A stretch of 64,000 nt of DNA from Candidatus Methanomethylophilaceae archaeon. Its GTDB lineage: Archaea > Thermoplasmatota > Thermoplasmata > Methanomassiliicoccales > Methanomethylophilaceae. The position numbers and the translations under genes are program-made. Shown here piece after piece: positions 61,105 through 64,000 of this stretch. The DNA is taken from positions 21,697 to 85,696 of the forward strand of contig CALUHR010000001.1 of the NCBI GenBank assembly GCA_944320495.1, read 5' to 3'. The notes under the pieces were generated by a model, which ran no database searches, had not been told where the DNA came from, and saw nothing but the letters and a program-made list of their open reading frames with translations. How positions within the stretch are numbered: position 1 is the first letter of the stretch; every line of letters starts with the position of its first letter.

Positions 61105-61230
61105 CACCATGGCCATGGCGTAGAAAACTGTTAGGGTCCGAAGCGATAGAGGGCTCGTTCCCCCCCCCCCCATATAATTACGTATTATACTTCGGTTCGC
61201 GTTAAGAAACCTCAATCGGTTGTATTATGC

Positions 61231-62247
61231 ATGGGATGGAAAACCTATGCTATCCTGGCGGCCGCGGTCATTGCCATCGTCGTGACCGCCGTCGCTCTAT
61301 GGCCGGAAGACGGGGGCGATTCTCACGACCGTACCCCTCAGGACGTGTCATTGGACGTGAGGGAGGATCTCCGTGCCGGGGATTGGATGGACTTCGAATA
61401 CCGGTTCCCAGACCTTTTGGACATGTCTATGCCTGTGAGGGTGACCGTCACATCGGTTGATGAGAACGGGGTGAGGATCGTCGCCGAGGCAGGCGGGAAG
61501 ATAATCGCCGATGAGTACATGGACACGACTTCCGGATCATCCACCGAAACAGAGTATCTGGGAGAGGAGGCGATAGACACGGTCTATGGGTACGTGACTT
61601 GTCAAAAGTTCCTCGAGACGGACGAGGGCGGGACAGTTACTGCATGGTACTTGGATGGGATGGTGATGAAGATAGACGGGACCTACGACGGGATGAGATG
61701 CGTCATAGACCTCAAGGAATGTTCCTTCGTCACTCCCGTTAGTCCGGATGAGGTCGTGTCCGACGGGTCGATGTTCTTCTACGACGGGTCTTCCGACACG
61801 TTCACCGGGAGCTTCGACGTCTTCGACCAGAGCATGATAATGACTCTGCATGTCAATGAACAGGACTCTGCACGCGGACCCACCATCGACGTCCAGTACA
61901 ACATCGACCTATACGGAACCGGCGAACTGATTCCCTCTTCGATAAGGGTGGAGACCGTCGGTTCCGGGGACATCGACATGATAGGTCACAAACCAGCTAC
62001 TGGTCAGGAGTTCGACAAAAATCCGGGCATGACCGTGGTCAACAACTCCAACACCGCACAGGAGATCTACTCCGTTGAGTTCAGCGGATTCGGTCAGACG
62101 GACTACCTGTCTCTCGGCGGCATGGACTCGTTCTACTTCTTCGGGGAACGTGGTGCCAGAATCGTCGGGGAGGTCTCGGTGTCCACGCCTCAGGGCGAGG
62201 AGACCGTGATGTTCACACTGACGGTAGCTGCAGGGATTACCGGATAA
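61231..62247 (+). CDS. Exported/membrane-anchored acidic hypothetical protein
   Basis: N-terminal TM anchor, acidic beta-rich body. The only TAA-ending gene in the window. Confidence 0.7.
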   Translation: MGWKTYAILAAAVIAIVVTAVALWPEDGGDSHDRTPQDVSLDVREDLRAGDWMDFEYRFPDLLDMSMPVRVTVTSVDENGVRIVAEAGGKIIADEYMDTTSGSSTETEYLGEEAIDTVYGYVTCQKFLETDEGGTVTAWYLDGMVMKIDGTYDGMRCVIDLKECSFVTPVSPDEVVSDGSMFFYDGSSDTFTGSFDVFDQSMIMTLHVNEQDSARGPTIDVQYNIDLYGTGELIPSSIRVETVGSGDIDMIGHKPATGQEFDKNPGMTVVNNSNTAQEIYSVEFSGFGQTDYLSLGGMDSFYFFGERGARIVGEVSVSTPQGEETVMFTLTVAAGITG

Positions 62248-62311
62248 TACTGAAAATGCCGGCATCCGTAGGGGGATGCCGGCGGAATAAACGGGAACAC
62301 CCGGTGGACGG

Positions 62312-63307
62312 TCAGTCCATTGCCGAGTTTATCGCAATTTCCCCTATGTCCATGGAGTACTCGGCGATCCTCTTGACGGAGCTGGCGATGAGCTCCGCTG
62401 CCATAGCGGACTTGCCAGTGAGGTCGTCGGCCATCGCGCTGATGTCCCTGGAGCGTCTGACGAGGTCCTCCCCGCGCTCGATGCATGCGTTGGCCTTGTC
62501 CATGTCCTTGGATGACCAGGTACCGACGGAGTCGACCATCAGGGTGATGACCTCCCTGCCGGTGGAGAGTATGTCGTCGTCCAGGCTGCTGGGGTCATCG
62601 ATAAGAGGCCTCAGGTTGGATGCGAGAAGCACGGCGTGGTCACCGATCCTCTCGAGGGCGCGGCTGATGCTGCCGCAGCGGGAGATCTCGCAGAGGTCCA
62701 TGCCCATGCGGCGGGAGATGGTTATGTCCTTCTGGTGGATGTTGACCTGGCGTGAGATGAGCCAGTCTATCCTGTCCACCTCGCGGTCCCTGTCGGACAT
62801 GCCGTCCAATAGTCTGATGTCCTTGTTTTCGAGGCCGTCCATGGTGTCGGTCAGCATGTTGCGAACGAGCACCTTCATCCTCTCGACGGATTTGGCAGGC
62901 TTCATCTCGCCCTGGTCCATAAGGTCCTTGATGACGATGCTGTTGTCGCTCTCTTCCATTATCTCCAGACCGATGGCGGTCTGTGCGAAGGAGGAGGCGG
63001 CAGAAGCGGCCATGCTTGAGAGTCCCGATTCCGATTTGAGCACGATGGAGTCATGTCCCGCGATGTATGCTCCGACGAGCTTCCTGTAGAGGAAGTCCCT
63101 GTCGGTGATACCGTCAGCCTCGATGACCTTGACGGAAGCCGCGGATGCGGTCTGCTCCCCGCCGGGGTAAATCACCATGCTGCCGTCAGGCTGGGGCTGC
63201 AGTCCGACGGTGTCGTTCTTCTTCAGTCCGACGGAATCGGCCCAGTCCTTCGGCAGCGTGATCATGAAGGAGGAGCCACCGGTAATCTGAATCTTCCTTA
63301 GGTCCAT
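62312..63307 (-). CDS. phoU: Archaeal phosphate-uptake regulator PhoU with N-terminal AbrB/SpoVT domain
   Basis: RKIQITGGSSFMITLPKDW, DREVDR, LERIGDHA, KRIAEY. Confidence 0.9.
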   Translation of the reverse strand: MDLRKIQITGGSSFMITLPKDWADSVGLKKNDTVGLQPQPDGSMVIYPGGEQTASAASVKVIEADGITDRDFLYRKLVGAYIAGHDSIVLKSESGLSSMAASAASSFAQTAIGLEIMEESDNSIVIKDLMDQGEMKPAKSVERMKVLVRNMLTDTMDGLENKDIRLLDGMSDRDREVDRIDWLISRQVNIHQKDITISRRMGMDLCEISRCGSISRALERIGDHAVLLASNLRPLIDDPSSLDDDILSTGREVITLMVDSVGTWSSKDMDKANACIERGEDLVRRSRDISAMADDLTGKSAMAAELIASSVKRIAEYSMDIGEIAINSAMD

Positions 63308-63339
63308 ATGCTCCCTACCGGATTTCATCTTTATCATTA

Positions 63340-63740
63340 TAAAGATAATTAATAGAGTATATATTATAATATATTGACTATATATTCATCAAGGAATCAA
63401 GAGCACAACATATCGGGATGATCGAATCGGATTTTGCAAAGGTCATGTATATGCACTTATCAACGATTATGTCCGATATTATCTCAGGAACCATTATCCA
63501 TTATAGAGTCCAATATGATTTGAAAATACAGAGAATGGTACACAGTTGGATTAGATACCATAATGATAATAGAAAAATATCCACAAATATCTGATTTATT
63601 TATAAACAACGGATCTCGCTTATAAAACCCAATATGTATTCTAAGTACAATATGTATAATTACATATTATCTATATCTATACAAATAAATCAATATAATA
63701 AATCGGCTAACTATATACCAAGAACCGAGGTAGCGGGATA
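63340..63740. promoter_or_regulatory. Very AT-rich divergent phoU/pstS control region
   Basis: Multiple TATA-like runs (TATATTATAATATATT, TTATAAAA); GAGGTG RBS at 63743-63748. Confidence 0.6.
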
Positions 63741-63756
63741 TTGAGGTGTCACTACC

Positions 63757-64000
63757 TTGGACAAAAAGATAACCGCAATCATTGTGGTCGTCATCATAAT
63801 CGTTGCAGCCGCTGCCGTCTATGTAGGCTTCGGAGGAAGCAACGACGGAAACGATGATGGCAACTCTGATGTTCATGCCGTCACCCTCGATGGTGTCGTC
63901 GCTTCCGAGGACAACGTCCTCAACGGAACCTACCCCATCCAGAGGAACCTGATCGTCTGCACCCTTGGCGAGCCCACCGGCAACGTCAAGAACTTCATCG
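63757..64000 (+). CDS. pstS: Phosphate ABC transporter substrate-binding protein, 3'-truncated
   Basis: TM anchor then LDGVVASEDNVLNGTYPIQRNL..TLGEPTG.VKNFI. Divergent from phoU. Confidence 0.7.
   Translation, partial: MDKKITAIIVVVIIIVAAAAVYVGFGGSNDGNDDGNSDVHAVTLDGVVASEDNVLNGTYPIQRNLIVCTLGEPTGNVKNFI

Noticed and set aside
177-63089. Numerous long alternative-frame and antisense ORFs in the track (e.g. 33116-35656, 31705-33090, 26483-27706)
   Set aside because: Shadow ORFs expected in GC-rich DNA. They overlap well-supported genes, have Arg/Gly/Pro-rich low-complexity translations, and many contain internal CGA.
1-64000. Pyrrolysine (TAG) read-through genes
   Set aside because: No split gene with an in-frame TAG was seen and no methylamine methyltransferase or pyl genes lie in this window.

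Overview
GC-rich archaeal chromosomal segment; gene content and protein style point to Methanomassiliicoccales (Thermoplasmatota), by inference rather than database search. It holds about 61 CDS (pelota and pstS cut by the window edges) and one tRNA-Leu(UAG): housekeeping genes (pelota, psmB, aCPSF1, pheT, leuS, srp54, purB, hmgA, nrdJ, pncB, apgM, trmY, ubiX), aryl-acid metabolism (2x paaK, ACT, iorAB), a Tad/type IV pilus-like locus, an EtfAB/FAD-oxidase cluster, three tandem MFS paralogs, a MATE pump and a large surface protein. No CRISPR array, transposase or prophage was seen. The main observation is that CGA appears to act as a stop codon. In 18 of 60 genes with a visible 3' end, the first in-frame CGA falls where the protein family or neighbouring gene says the gene should end. 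This produces CGATG stop-start coupling and abutting convergent genes, and removes the odd fusions and extensions in the standard-code ORF track. By manual reading I found no in-frame CGA inside any inferred CDS. The other ends are 41 TGA, 1 TAA and 0 TAG. Feature coordinates below use the CGA-as-stop reading.
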